Shown: positions 1 to 9,596, counted from the first letter of the stretch. The stretch is DNA of 64,000 nucleotides from Dehalococcoidia bacterium (GCA_965237935.1 CBDEGW010000004.1:20545-84544), one strand, 5' to 3'. Made by a program: numbers and translations. The notes: generated from the sequence alone by a model not told the origin.

Positions 1-1006
1 CCTCGATTGACTCCGAGCTGGGGAATCCCGTTGCGATGACTGTTATTTTGACTTCGTTCTCCATCTTCAGGTCGGTGACCATGCCGAAGATGATGTTGGC
101 CTCCGGGTCTACGGCTCGGCTGATGACCTGGGATGCGGCGTGGACCTCGGAGAGCCTCAGGTCGCTGTCGCCGGTGACGTTGAACAGTACGCCCCTGGCC
201 CCAGCGATGGACACGTCCAGTAGAGGGCTGGCCATGGCCTGCTCGGCGGCATCCACAGCTCGGTTCTCACCCACACCTCTGCCAATGGCCATCCAGGCGG
301 GGCCAGCGCCGGCCATGATTGTCTTTACGTCGGCGAAGTCCAGATTGATCTCACCGGGGGTGGTTATCAGTTCCGCTATTGCCTGAACTCCCTGCTTGAG
401 GACCTCATCGGCCAGCTTGAAAGCGTTCTCCATGGTCACGTCATGGTCGCATATGGCCAGCAGGCGGTCGTTGGGGATGACGATGAGGGTGTCCACCTTG
501 TCTTTCAGCCAATCGACACCCTTCTCCGCCGCCCGCCCACGATGGTTCCCCTCGAAGGTGAAGGGTTTTGTCACGACACCTATGGTGAGGGCGCCAGTCT
601 CCTTAGCCAGCTCCGCGACTACGGGGGCCGCTCCGGTCCCGGTCCCGCCCCCCATGCCTGCGGCGATGAACACCATGTCCGCGTCCTGTACGGACTCCCT
701 CAGGTCCTCTCTACTCTCCTCGGCCGCGTTCTTACCGGCTTCGGGGTTGCCTCCAACCCCCTGGCCTTTAGTGAGGTTTTCTCCAATTCTTATCTTGACG
801 GGGACATCGCTCCGCATCAACGCCTGAGCATCGGTGTTGATCGTGCTGTACTCTACCCCAGGAATCCTCTCACGATACATGCGTGCGACAGCGTTGGAGC
901 CGCCACCTCCCACGCCAATAACCTTGATCTTGGCCGGTGGCTTGGGGTCCACGGCTTCTCGGTAGTGGTCATTATTCTCTTCTGGAATACCATTTGTGCT
1001 TGCCAT
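1..1006 (-). CDS. ftsZ: Cell-division GTPase FtsZ, partial (C-terminal end lies beyond the window start)
   Basis: Absent from the ORF track because it has no stop inside the window. Hand translation of the minus strand from ATG at 1006-1004 (GGAGGA 7 nt upstream) reads [43 protein letters not shown]...[25 protein letters not shown]...IVIPNDRLL. It contains the tubulin/FtsZ GGGTGTG signature and follows ftsA. Confidence 0.92.
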   Translation of the reverse strand, partial: MASTNGIPEENNDHYREAVDPKPPAKIKVIGVGGGGSNAVARMYRERIPGVEYSTINTDAQALMRSDVPVKIRIGENLTKGQGVGGNPEAGKNAAEESREDLRESVQDADMVFIAAGMGGGTGTGAAPVVAELAKETGALTIGVVTKPFTFEGNHRGRAAEKGVDWLKDKVDTLIVIPNDRLLAICDHDVTMENAFKLADEVLKQGVQAIAELITTPGEINLDFADVKTIMAGAGPAWMAIGRGVGENRAVDAAEQAMASPLLDVSIAGARGVLFNVTGDSDLRLSEVHAASQVISRAVDPEANIIFGMVTDLKMENEVKITVIATGFPSSESIE

Positions 1007-1068
1007 TGCTCATGTCCTCCTTTAAGACGGTGCATCTTGGCTTTTTCTAGGTGGGACCCGTTGAGACC

Positions 1069-2343
1069 CTATCTCGCCAAGCCTACCCGGGCGGGAAGCC
1101 TGGACCTGATTCGCTCGAATACCCAGTTCATAAGACGCTGGTGGAAATATCCGTGCCTGCCGTTCCCGTTGCCGTTGGAATAGTAGGGCTGGCCTACGGG
1201 GTTTGCCGCGAACCAGAGAAGGATCCCCACGCTGGTGGCGTAGGAGGGGCTCTTGAGGCTATCGGGTAGCCCAGGCATGTCCTTGGGAACGCCGATTCGG
1301 ACGTGGCCCGATATGAACCTTCTAGCCATGGCATCCAGCCCTGGCAGGTTTGCCGTCCCTCCGGTAAGGACCAGCCGGGAGTCTCGAAGGCCGTTCAGGT
1401 TGGCCTGGTCCAGCTTTATCTTCACCATCTCCATAAGCTCCTGGGCCCGTTCCTTGATCAGGAGGCAGATGTCTCTTCTGGCCACGGTAATACTCTCACC
1501 TTTGCCGAAGAGAGGGAGTTCGATCTCTTCATGGACGTCGACGGACTCGGCGACCACGTGGCCGTACTTGATCTTGGCCTCCTCGGCAGCGAAGTAGGGC
1601 GTATTAAAGCTCATGGACAGGTCGTTGGTGAACTGATAGCCCCCTACAGGTATGACGGCCGTGTGGAGGATGGTCCCGCCCTGGAATACCGCCAAATCGC
1701 TGGTGCCGCCTCCAATATCGACCAGCACCACCCCCATCTCTCGCTCCTCTGTAGAGAGGACGGCCTCTCCGCTGGCCAGGGGCTCCATCACCATGCCCAT
1801 AACCTTGACGTCTGCATTCTCAACGGCCTGAACAAGGTTTTTGACGATGGAGTCTGTCCCCGTTACAAGGTGCGACTCCACCTGGAGGTTCTGGGCATGC
1901 ATTCCCACCGGGTTGCGGATGCCCACCATGCCGTCCAGAGAGTAGTATCTGGGTATTACGTGGATGACCTGTCGGTCCTGCCGTCGGGCCGACTGGTGCA
2001 GCGATCGCGTCACCCGCTCTATGTCCGTTGAAGTGATGACGGTGCTATTCCGGGTAGCCTCCACGCTTCCCCACTGGTTCTGAGACTCGATGTGGCTGCC
2101 GGTAACGCCTACATATGCCGACGATATCTTCATGCCAGCCTGGGCGGCCGCCTCCTCTACAGAGGAGCGAACCGCGTACTGGGTGCTCTCTATGTCCACC
2201 ACATTACCTTTTCGCAGGCCTTGGGATGGGGTTATCCCCACTCCTAGCACGTCTACCTTCTTGCCGCCGTTTAATTTGGCCACAATAGTGCAGACCTTGC
2301 TGGTACCCACGTCTATGGCTGTGAATATCCGTTCACTATCCAT
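1069..2343 (-). CDS. ftsA: Cell-division protein FtsA (actin-fold ATPase)
   Basis: 424-aa ORF with actin-fold phosphate motifs FTAIDVGTSKVCTIV and LVDIGGGTSDLAVF. Lies directly upstream of ftsZ on the same strand. Confidence 0.92.
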   Translation of the reverse strand: MDSERIFTAIDVGTSKVCTIVAKLNGGKKVDVLGVGITPSQGLRKGNVVDIESTQYAVRSSVEEAAAQAGMKISSAYVGVTGSHIESQNQWGSVEATRNSTVITSTDIERVTRSLHQSARRQDRQVIHVIPRYYSLDGMVGIRNPVGMHAQNLQVESHLVTGTDSIVKNLVQAVENADVKVMGMVMEPLASGEAVLSTEEREMGVVLVDIGGGTSDLAVFQGGTILHTAVIPVGGYQFTNDLSMSFNTPYFAAEEAKIKYGHVVAESVDVHEEIELPLFGKGESITVARRDICLLIKERAQELMEMVKIKLDQANLNGLRDSRLVLTGGTANLPGLDAMARRFISGHVRIGVPKDMPGLPDSLKSPSYATSVGILLWFAANPVGQPYYSNGNGNGRHGYFHQRLMNWVFERIRSRLPARVGLAR

Positions 2344-2384
2344 ATGTCCCCCTTTTGCCGGAGCTCCGGCTGAGAGTAAGTTTT

Positions 2385-2549
2385 CCTAGGCTATCTGAAG
2401 GCTGGCAGTCTGGGGTTTTGACCTGAGCTACCAGACAAAGAATATTCAATTTTTAGCCCTCTATCGGAAGCTGGAGAAGTATCCCCGGCTCGGGCCTTTT
2501 TTGACCGCTCAACCCCAGATAGCCTAGATTGGGATCGAATAGAGGGCCG
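2385..2549 (-). other. rsmH-ftsA spacer with nested long-range inverted repeats (possible structured leader or promoter region of ftsAZ)
   Basis: CTAGGCTATCT (2386-2396) is complementary to AGATAGCCTAG (2517-2527). GCCCTCTAT (2456-2464) is complementary to ATAGAGGGC (2539-2547). CTGGGG (2410-2415)/CCCCAG (2513-2518) is a competing pairing. No RNA family recognised. Confidence 0.3.
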
Positions 2550-2559
2550 ATATATCCCC

Positions 2560-3498
2560 CTATACATGCTCCGCCACCCGCATTTTGGCGCTTCTGCCCC
2601 TGGGGTTTTCACGTACCTCCTGGGGCGACGGAGTTATTACTCTCTTGGTGACTACCCGTAGGGTAGCCTTATGGTCGCAAATACACTGGGGCGTCTCTGG
2701 AGGACAGATACAGTCCTTGGCCTCTCGCCTGATCAGGTTCTTGACTAGCCGGTCTTCCAGGGAGTGATAGCTGATTATCACCAGCCTCCCCTGGTGGCCC
2801 AGGAGCCCCAGGGCCTGACCGATGCCCAACTCAAGGTTCTTCAACTCTTCGTTCACGGCCATCCGCAGCGCCTGGAAGGTCCTGGTGGCCGGATGTATCC
2901 TACCGCCGTGGCGGCCCACCGATTCTTGAACCACCGACGCCAGTTCCAGAGTGTCGCCTATGGGTCGGCGTCGAATGATGGCCCTGGCGATGCGCCTTGC
3001 CCTGGGCTCTTCACCGTAGTGAGAGATGATCATTGCTAGGGCGTCTTCGGAGTAGCCGTTGACGATGTCGTCTGCGGTAACGCGCTGCCCGGTGTCAAAT
3101 CGCATGTCCAGGGGCCCGCTGCTCTTTAGTGAGAAGCCTCTCCTGGCCTCCTCCACTTGCAGAGAGGAGAGGCCCAGGTCAAAGAGGATTCCGTTGACGG
3201 GCTTGAAGTCCAGCTCGGAGGCCACTCTGACAACCTCTGAGTAGCTGGCATTCAGCAGTCGGAAGGACCCCTTGTGGGCACTGAGCCTCTCTTGGGCCAC
3301 TTCCAGGGCCTCGCTGTCCAGGTCCAGGCCCAGGCACTGTCCGCCGGGGGCGCTGGCCTCCAAAATGGACACGGTGTGGCCCCCTTCGCCCACCGTGCAG
3401 TCGATGTACCTCCCGCCGGGTCGTACCTGGAGACCTTCAATGACCTCCCTGACCATTACGGGCTGATGATGCACTCTCACGGTTTCCAGTACCCTCAC
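2560..3498 (-). CDS. rsmH: 16S rRNA (cytosine1402-N4)-methyltransferase RsmH/MraW
   Basis: 312-aa ORF. Has HQPVMVREVIEGL...YIDCTVGEGGHT at the N-terminus, ISYHSLEDRLVK, and the C-terminal NPRGRSAKMRVAE typical of RsmH. Overlaps the mraZ stop by 4 nt. Confidence 0.92.
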   Translation of the reverse strand: MRVLETVRVHHQPVMVREVIEGLQVRPGGRYIDCTVGEGGHTVSILEASAPGGQCLGLDLDSEALEVAQERLSAHKGSFRLLNASYSEVVRVASELDFKPVNGILFDLGLSSLQVEEARRGFSLKSSGPLDMRFDTGQRVTADDIVNGYSEDALAMIISHYGEEPRARRIARAIIRRRPIGDTLELASVVQESVGRHGGRIHPATRTFQALRMAVNEELKNLELGIGQALGLLGHQGRLVIISYHSLEDRLVKNLIRREAKDCICPPETPQCICDHKATLRVVTKRVITPSPQEVRENPRGRSAKMRVAEHV

Positions 3499-3926
3499 CC
3501 TCTATCCTCCATGTTCTCCGCTATCTGCCACCCCTGCTGGTCCATAATCTGCCGCTCCTGGGCCCAGAGGTCTCTGTCCCAGATTTCCAGGTAGCTTCCC
3601 CCACCGGCCATCACCACCTCTTCACCTATCTGGGCGTACTGCCTAAGGGGGGCAGGGAGAAGGAACCTACCCTGGCGGTCCAGGTCTGAGGGAAAGGCCC
3701 CTGAGAAGTTCATCCTTCTCAGGCGTCTATTTTTGTCCTGAGTAACCGGCATGTTTGCGATGTTCTGGGCCATCCTCTCCCACTCCTGGGTAGGGTACGC
3801 CACTATGCACTTATCGTAGCCGCGGCTAAGGATGATGCCGCTCTTAAAACTGTCTCGAAACCGGACGGGCATGGAGATCCTGCCCTGAGCGTCCACCCGG
3901 TGTTCATACTCGCCATAGAACAGCAT
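3495..3926 (-). CDS. mraZ: Transcriptional regulator MraZ
   Basis: 143-aa ORF. Starts MLFYGEYEHRVDAQGRISMPVRFRD, with a second SpoVT/AbrB-like half (DRQGRFLLPAPLRQYA). First gene of the dcw cluster. Confidence 0.9.
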   Translation of the reverse strand: MLFYGEYEHRVDAQGRISMPVRFRDSFKSGIILSRGYDKCIVAYPTQEWERMAQNIANMPVTQDKNRRLRRMNFSGAFPSDLDRQGRFLLPAPLRQYAQIGEEVVMAGGGSYLEIWDRDLWAQERQIMDQQGWQIAENMEDRG

Positions 3927-4053
3927 CCTATCCTTATACCCTCCACGATGACACCTGTTTATTCCTTTTCTTTCCTAACTGGCCCAAAAACTACAGCAGT
4001 TTCCCATATAGTGCAAGAGGTTTGGTGGGCAATTTTGGTCGAATTTTCAAAAA

Positions 4054-4638
4054 ATGTTTAACACTCTAACCAATGTTTTACATCAGGAGATAACTCGCCT
4101 GTGTGATATCATGATGCAAAATCAGGTGGAGGCCCCTATTTTCAACCTGGCAGTCCTTACCATCAGCGATATGGGCGCCCGAGGAGATCGGGAGGATACC
4201 AGCGGACAAGCAATCCAAGAGATGATGTCTGCCGAGGGTTTTCAGGTGGTCCATCAGCAGGTGGTCCCTGACGAACAGGATCTCATCGCCGAGACCCTTC
4301 AGCGTTGGAGCGACTCAGCGGAGGTAGACCTGATCCTGACCACTGGCGGCACAGGCCTGGGACACCGCGACGTCACCCCGGAGGCCACGGCTTCCGTCGT
4401 CCAGCGCCCAGTGCCAGGTATCGCCGAAGCCCTCCGGATGGAGACCCTGAAGTTTACTCCCATGGCCATGCTCAGCCGCTCTGTGGCTGGGGTTCGCGGA
4501 CGCTGCCTCATCATCAATCTGCCTGGTAGCCCCAAGGGGGTCCGGGAGTGCTTGCAGGTGGTGCTACCCGTCCTTCCCCATGCCCTTGAGCTGCTAAGGG
4601 GCGAGGCCAGAGACCACCCTACGGGAGTCTCGCCTTGA
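4054..4638 (+). CDS. Molybdenum cofactor biosynthesis protein, MogA/MoaB domain
   Basis: [20 protein letters not shown]...[20 protein letters not shown]...INLPGSPKG matches the MoCF_biosynth fold. The true start may be the internal ATG at 4111 (MMQNQ...). Confidence 0.8.
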   Translation: MFNTLTNVLHQEITRLCDIMMQNQVEAPIFNLAVLTISDMGARGDREDTSGQAIQEMMSAEGFQVVHQQVVPDEQDLIAETLQRWSDSAEVDLILTTGGTGLGHRDVTPEATASVVQRPVPGIAEALRMETLKFTPMAMLSRSVAGVRGRCLIINLPGSPKGVRECLQVVLPVLPHALELLRGEARDHPTGVSP

Positions 4639-4649
4639 ACCCACCGGCA

Positions 4650-5396
4650 GTGCGATTCCACGTCCTCACCCTATTCCCTGGTATGTTCAAGGGCCCCTTG
4701 ACCGAGAGCATCCTCCAACGGGCCCAGAAGCAGGGGATCATCGAGGTCCACCTGTACGATATCCGCGAGCACGCTCACGACCGTCACCGCACCACCGACG
4801 ACTACCCCTTTGGCGGTGGGCCCGGAATGGTCATGAAGCCCGAGCCCATCTTCGAGGCCGTTGAGGATGTGACCAGCAAGATAAAGGAACGCAGTGGCCA
4901 GGAGGCCGCGGCTCCTCCCGTGATCCTTCTTTCGCCCCAGGGCAGGAGCTTCACCCAGGCTATTGCCTCCGACTTGTCTATTAAAGGAGAAATCATCCTC
5001 ATCTGCGGCCACTACGAAGGGGTGGACCACCGGGTGGTGGAGCACCTTTGCACCGACGAGATCAGTATCGGCGACTACATTCTTACGGGTGGAGAGCTGC
5101 CGGCGATGGTGCTTATAGACGCCGTGGCCCGCCTGGTCCCCGGAGTCCTGGGCTCCATCGAGGCGGCCCTGGGCGACTCCTTTACCTCGGGCCTCCTTCA
5201 GTACCACCAGTACACCAGGCCTGAGCATTTCAGGGATATGGTCGTGCCCCCGGTGCTCCTGTCGGGAAATCACGCCCAGGTGGAGCGATGGCGCAGAGAG
5301 CAGGCCCTGAAAAAGACCCTGCAGCGCAGGCCGGACCTCCTGGGTGGTGACAGCCTCTCGGCTGAGGATCGCCGTCTCCTGGAGAAGCTGCGCTAA
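4650..5396 (+). CDS. trmD: tRNA (guanine37-N1)-methyltransferase TrmD
   Basis: From the in-frame GTG at 4650 the protein starts [17 protein letters not shown], the canonical TrmD N-terminus, followed by [15 protein letters not shown] and [12 protein letters not shown]. The track ORF begins 15 nt earlier at TTG 4635. Confidence 0.9.
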   Translation: MRFHVLTLFPGMFKGPLTESILQRAQKQGIIEVHLYDIREHAHDRHRTTDDYPFGGGPGMVMKPEPIFEAVEDVTSKIKERSGQEAAAPPVILLSPQGRSFTQAIASDLSIKGEIILICGHYEGVDHRVVEHLCTDEISIGDYILTGGELPAMVLIDAVARLVPGVLGSIEAALGDSFTSGLLQYHQYTRPEHFRDMVVPPVLLSGNHAQVERWRREQALKKTLQRRPDLLGGDSLSAEDRRLLEKLR

Positions 5397-5531
5397 AGGC
5401 CCTTGAAACCTTTGTCATGCTAAGGACTGACGTGTTGGGGCTCAGCATCTGTGCCTGGGCGCCAGTAAGCCCTTTCGCCTCAATGAATCGAGTTCAGAGT
5501 GACAATAAGAATGTACCGTAGAAGCCACCTC

Positions 5532-5561
5532 TTGTTGGTAACCCTAAAGCTGTAGTAGAAT
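5532..5561 (+). promoter_or_regulatory. Possible sigma70-type promoter for rplS
   Basis: TTGTTG (5532-5537), 18-nt spacer, TAGAAT (5556-5561), about 45 nt upstream of the rplS start. Sequence match only. Confidence 0.3.
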
Positions 5562-5606
5562 AGCTACGCCCTGACCATTAGATAAATCTATAGGAATGCG
5601 CAAGAC

Positions 5607-5960
5607 ATGGATGCCCATCACCTGATTCACACCGAACCCAACCCGAAAATACAGGATTTCGGCCCTGGAGACACCGTCAAGGTTAACGTCGTGGTCCGTG
5701 AAGGGGCCAGGGTCCGTAGCCAGATGTTCCAGGGGACAGTTATACGCAAGCGTGGAGGAAAGGGCGCCGGCGCCACCTTTACGGTGCGTAGGGTCGCCTC
5801 GGGCATAGGCGTGGAGCGTACTTTTCCCCTGTACTCGCCCGGCGTGGAATCAGTGGAGGTGGTCCGCAGCGGCGCTGTACGCCGCGCTCGCCTCTACTAC
5901 CTCCGGGGCCTCTCGGGGCGCGCTGCTCGAATTCGCGAGAAGAGGCGACCCCCTAAGTAA
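5607..5960 (+). CDS. rplS: 50S ribosomal protein L19
   Basis: [61 protein letters not shown] is the L19 core. Downstream of trmD, as in the conserved trmD-rplS arrangement. Confidence 0.93.
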   Translation: MDAHHLIHTEPNPKIQDFGPGDTVKVNVVVREGARVRSQMFQGTVIRKRGGKGAGATFTVRRVASGIGVERTFPLYSPGVESVEVVRSGAVRRARLYYLRGLSGRAARIREKRRPPK

Positions 5961-5984
5961 CTTCGCCGCAGGCCTGGGAGGGGC

Positions 5985-8444
5985 ATGAGATTCGCCGAGG
6001 TGGCCGTGGATGCCCCGGCAGGGCACAACCGTACCTTCAGCTACTCCATCCCCTCCTCCATGAGCCTATCTCCCGGTCAGGCCGTCCGAGTGCCCTTTGG
6101 CCCCAGACTCCTTCAGGGTATTGTCTTTGAGCTGACTCCCCTGCCTCAGGTGTCCGATACCCGCGACGTTGAGGGCATCCTGGAAGGCCAACCTCCTCTC
6201 AGTGCTACTCAACTTCAGCTAGCAAGGTGGATGAGCGACCATTACATGGCGCCCCTCTTTGAATGCGCTGCTGCCCTCCTCCCTCCAGGTGCGAGGACCC
6301 GTGCCAGAGCATACCTGTCCCTCATCGAGGAGACGCCTCCAGAGGTGGGACGCCTTACGCCCCCTCAAACTCAGGTGGTCCGGTATCTTGGCCAGAAGGG
6401 GAAGGTCTGGGAGGAGACACTGCTAAAGGCCCTGGGGACCCCGGCCAAGGCGGCCGTTGCCGGGCTTACCAATCGGAACCTCATCGCCCGCACCTGGGAG
6501 TGGGATAAGCCCCGAGTGGCGGCGAAATACGAAGCATGCCTTCGCCTGGCGGCAACCCTCTATAAGGTGGAGGAAGCTGAACAAGCCCTCTCCCTAAGAG
6601 CGCCCCGCCAAGCAGCCTTGCTGAGGCGTCTGGCCGAGGCTGACTCCGCTCTTCCGCTACCTGATTTGAGAAGGGAGTTTGGCGGAGCGGTGGTCAAGGC
6701 GTTGCAGGAGAAAGGTCTTGTCGCGGTTGAGATGGCGCGAGTAACCAGGGACCCGCTGGCGGGAAAGGTCTTTGCTGGGGGGCCCGTTCCTCGCCTCACT
6801 TCTGCCCAGCAGCGGGCCGCGACGGAGGTGGCGGCATCCTTCATAGGCGCTACATCAGGGCCAAAGGTATTCCTTTTGCAGGGAGTCACCGGCAGCGGCA
6901 AGACGGAGGTGTACCTGGATGCCGTGAGGGGGTGCCTTGATGTCGGAAAGCGAGCCATTGTTCTGGTCCCGGAGATAAGCCTGACCTCCCAGACCATCCA
7001 GCGATTCGGCGCCAGGTTTCCCGGGCGCGTAGCCGTCCTCCATAGTCGCCTCCCTCTGGGGGAGCAGTTCGACCAGTGGTGGGGCATCTTCCACGGCGAC
7101 TACGATGTGGTGGTGGGCTCCCGCAGCGCAATCTTCGCCCCACAGCCGGACCTGGGCCTCATCGTCATCGACGAGGAGCATGAGTGGACCTATAAGCAGC
7201 AGGACCAGTCGCCCCGCTACCATGCCAGGGATGTGGCTTTGAAGCTGGCGGAGCTTACCGGGGCCACCGTGGTCATGGGAAGTGCTACCCCGGACGTGGC
7301 CACTTATCATAAGGCGAAGACGGGCGCCTACCGGCTGCTGGAACTGCCGGAGCGCATCCATGTCAGCTCGCCGGTTGATGGTCGGCAGGAAGCAGTTGAG
7401 GCCCCCTCTAAAGGAGGCCTTGCCACGGTGGAGATCGTGGACATGCGCCGGGAGCTGACGGAGGGCAACAGGAGCATCCTGAGCCGCTCTCTGCACAAAG
7501 CTTTGGCCTCTACCCTGGATGCGGGGAAGCAGGCCATCCTCTTTCTGAACCGCAGAGGCTCCGCCTCCTTCGTCCAGTGCCGGGTCTGCGGCCTTAGCCT
7601 TCGATGCCGCCGCTGCGACGTGCCCTTCACCTATCACGGCGTGGAGGGCTACCTCATATGCCACCACTGCAATCAGAGAAGACGCCTGCCTGAGCTGTGC
7701 CCGCAGTGCCGTCGTGGACGCCTCCGGTACTTTGGCGCGGGCACTCAGACCGTGGCGGAGGAGGTTGCCCGGCTCTTCCCGGGAATTAGCCTTCTGCGAT
7801 GGGACCGGGATACCGCCAGGACTCCCTTGGCTCACGAGCAGCTTCTGGAGGGTTTCCAGGGGGGAGAGGCCCAGGTAATGGTGGGTACCCAGATGATAGC
7901 CAAGGGCCTGGACATCCCAGGCGTGACCCTGGTAGGCGCCGTCTCCGCCGACATGGGCCTCAACATACCCGACTTTCGCTCCGGCGAGAGGGCCTTCCAG
8001 GTGCTGTGCCAGGTGGCGGGAAGGGCGGGCCGCGGGCCTTCGGAGGGAAAGGCCATCATCCAGACCTTTCAGCCCGATCATTACGCAGTGGTGGCCGCCG
8101 CGGCCCAGGACTACGCGGCCTTTCACGCCAAAGAGGTTGACCTCCGCCGAGAGTACGGTAATCCCCCCTTCAGCCGGCTGGTTCGCCTGCTGTACAGGCA
8201 TACCAACAGCGCCCTCTGTGGGCGGGAGGCCCAGGGTTTCGCTGGACGGCTGCGTCAGGAGCGGGATGCTTGGGGCCTGAGCGACGTAGAGGTCATCGGG
8301 CCGGCGCCGGCCTTTCCGCCCAGAGTACGAGGCCTGTACAGGTGGCACCTGGTGCTCAGAGGCCGTGACCCCACCTACCTTCTGGGGAAACTGCCAGTGC
8401 CTCCCGGCTGGGAGGTTGACGTGGACCCGGTGTCCCTGACTTAA
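5985..8444 (+). CDS. priA: Primosomal replication-restart helicase PriA
   Basis: 819-aa ORF. Walker A LLQGVTGSGKTEVY, DEEH box (VIDEEHEW), and the Cys-rich zinc insert CRVCGLSLRCRRCDVPFTYH...CHHCNQRRRLPELCPQC. Confidence 0.92.
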   Translation: MRFAEVAVDAPAGHNRTFSYSIPSSMSLSPGQAVRVPFGPRLLQGIVFELTPLPQVSDTRDVEGILEGQPPLSATQLQLARWMSDHYMAPLFECAAALLPPGARTRARAYLSLIEETPPEVGRLTPPQTQVVRYLGQKGKVWEETLLKALGTPAKAAVAGLTNRNLIARTWEWDKPRVAAKYEACLRLAATLYKVEEAEQALSLRAPRQAALLRRLAEADSALPLPDLRREFGGAVVKALQEKGLVAVEMARVTRDPLAGKVFAGGPVPRLTSAQQRAATEVAASFIGATSGPKVFLLQGVTGSGKTEVYLDAVRGCLDVGKRAIVLVPEISLTSQTIQRFGARFPGRVAVLHSRLPLGEQFDQWWGIFHGDYDVVVGSRSAIFAPQPDLGLIVIDEEHEWTYKQQDQSPRYHARDVALKLAELTGATVVMGSATPDVATYHKAKTGAYRLLELPERIHVSSPVDGRQEAVEAPSKGGLATVEIVDMRRELTEGNRSILSRSLHKALASTLDAGKQAILFLNRRGSASFVQCRVCGLSLRCRRCDVPFTYHGVEGYLICHHCNQRRRLPELCPQCRRGRLRYFGAGTQTVAEEVARLFPGISLLRWDRDTARTPLAHEQLLEGFQGGEAQVMVGTQMIAKGLDIPGVTLVGAVSADMGLNIPDFRSGERAFQVLCQVAGRAGRGPSEGKAIIQTFQPDHYAVVAAAAQDYAAFHAKEVDLRREYGNPPFSRLVRLLYRHTNSALCGREAQGFAGRLRQERDAWGLSDVEVIGPAPAFPPRVRGLYRWHLVLRGRDPTYLLGKLPVPPGWEVDVDPVSLT

Positions 8445-8457
8445 ATGAGGGTACGCC

Positions 8458-8595
8458 GGCTTTGCACAAAAACTCAGGAGAGTGTAGAGAACCTAGGTTC
8501 TCTGCCAGGGAGTCTGAGGGGTGCCCCCTCAGGAATTAGACATATTGGGTGGGTGGGAAAGAAAACGTCCGCAGTTGGACTTATTGTGCAAAGCT
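8458..8595. repeat. MITE-like repeat copy 1 (TTTGCACAAAAA...TTGTGCAAAG terminal inverted repeats)
   Basis: Ends GCTTTGCACAAAAAC (8459-) and TTGTGCAAAGC (-8594) are inverted repeats. Internal hairpins are GAGAACC-TA-GGTTCTC and CTGAGGGG-TG-CCCCTCAG. It is flanked by a 9-bp direct repeat GGGTACGCC (8449-8457 and 8596-8604). A homologous copy lies at 10375-10499. Confidence 0.6.
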
Positions 8596-8667
8596 GGGTA
8601 CGCCCTAGCTGGAGCCGTTTAGGCCTATTGCCCCGATTCATCGGAGCTCGGGGTGACGGCGCCCCAC

Positions 8668-8697
8668 TTGGCCCAGGAGCGTCGCCTCTGCTATAAT
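8668..8697 (+). promoter_or_regulatory. Possible sigma70-type promoter of the coxM/coxS-like operon
   Basis: TTGGCC (8668-8673), 18-nt spacer, TATAAT (8692-8697). GGAGG at 8716-8720 precedes the GTG at 8727. Confidence 0.4.
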
Positions 8698-8726
8698 GCT
8701 GCCGATTCTTGTACTGGAGGTTCTGC

Positions 8727-9596
8727 GTGCCTCGTTTTGAATATTCAGCTCCCAAAACCCTTGATGAGGCTCTATCCGTGCTTTCCACGTCCGATGGCGA
8801 AGTCAGGGCCCTGGCAGGGGGTACGGACCTCATCGACCAGGTTAGAGTGGGGCGTAGGCAGCCAACCATCGTGATGAACATCAAGGACATCCCGGAGATG
8901 CAGCGGCTAGAGTACGCCAGCGACGGCCTTCATATAGGCGCCGGGGTCTCCTGCACAGATGTCTACAACTTCGGCCCCGTCCAGGAGCACTACAAGTCGC
9001 TGAACGAAGCCGCCCGTCTTATAGGATCCATCCAGATCCAGAACAGGGCCGCCATCGGTGGGAACGTCTGCAACGCCGCGCCCTCGGCGGACACCATCCC
9101 GACCCTTCTGATCCACGATGCGAAGGCAGTTATCAACGGGCCCAGAGGCCGCCGGGAGATGTCGCTGCTGGAGTTTTTCCGCGGCCCTGGCCAGACTGCC
9201 CTGGAGCGAGATGAGGTCTTACAGGAGTTGGTGATTCCCCAACCCCCCGCCAACAGCGTCAGCCACTACCTCCGCTTTATCCCCCGCAACGAGATGGATA
9301 TCGCCGTGGCGGGAGTTGGCAGCTTCCTTCAACTGGACCCCTCCACCAAACGGTGCCAGCAGGCCCGCATTGCGCTGGCCTCCGTAGCGCCCACCCCCGT
9401 CAGGGCCACCGACGCCGAGGCTGTGTTAGATGGCCAGGTGCTCAACGAGGCACTGATTCGGGAGGCCGGCGAGAAGGCGGTGAACCACGCCAACCCCATC
9501 ACCGACGTCCGGGGCTCTATTGAGTACCGCAAGGAGCTGGTGAAGGTCCTGACGCGACGCACCCTGGCCATGTGCCTGGAATCTCTTGGCGCGTAG
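8727..9596 (+). CDS. Molybdenum hydroxylase (CO/xanthine dehydrogenase family) FAD-binding medium subunit, CoxM/CutM-like
   Basis: PRFEYSAPKTLDEALSVL...ALAGGTDLIDQVRVG...AIGGNVCNAAPSAD, plus the C-terminal CO_deh_flav_C-like TDVRGSIEYRKEL. Start set at GTG 8727, which has a 6-nt spaced GGAGG. The track ORF starts at 8709. Confidence 0.85.
   Translation: MPRFEYSAPKTLDEALSVLSTSDGEVRALAGGTDLIDQVRVGRRQPTIVMNIKDIPEMQRLEYASDGLHIGAGVSCTDVYNFGPVQEHYKSLNEAARLIGSIQIQNRAAIGGNVCNAAPSADTIPTLLIHDAKAVINGPRGRREMSLLEFFRGPGQTALERDEVLQELVIPQPPANSVSHYLRFIPRNEMDIAVAGVGSFLQLDPSTKRCQQARIALASVAPTPVRATDAEAVLDGQVLNEALIREAGEKAVNHANPITDVRGSIEYRKELVKVLTRRTLAMCLESLGA

Noticed and set aside
443-1183. 246-aa plus-strand ORF, plus ORFs at 36-386 and 396-827
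   Set aside because: They are antisense to ftsZ, which runs off the window and is therefore missing from the track. The ftsZ translation carries the GGGTGTG signature.
3927-4053. Moco riboswitch upstream of the MogA-like gene, MraZ-box array upstream of mraZ, and TPP riboswitch near the NMT1/TenA-like genes (12673-12735, 14385-14501)
   Set aside because: I could not find the conserved cores of either riboswitch. Only two loosely spaced TGGG motifs precede mraZ, which is not enough to call operator repeats.
6855-8348. 497-aa minus-strand ORF
   Set aside because: It lies entirely antisense to priA, whose helicase and zinc motifs are unambiguous. The product is Arg/Gly/Pro/Ala-rich low complexity, typical of spurious antisense ORFs in GC-rich DNA.
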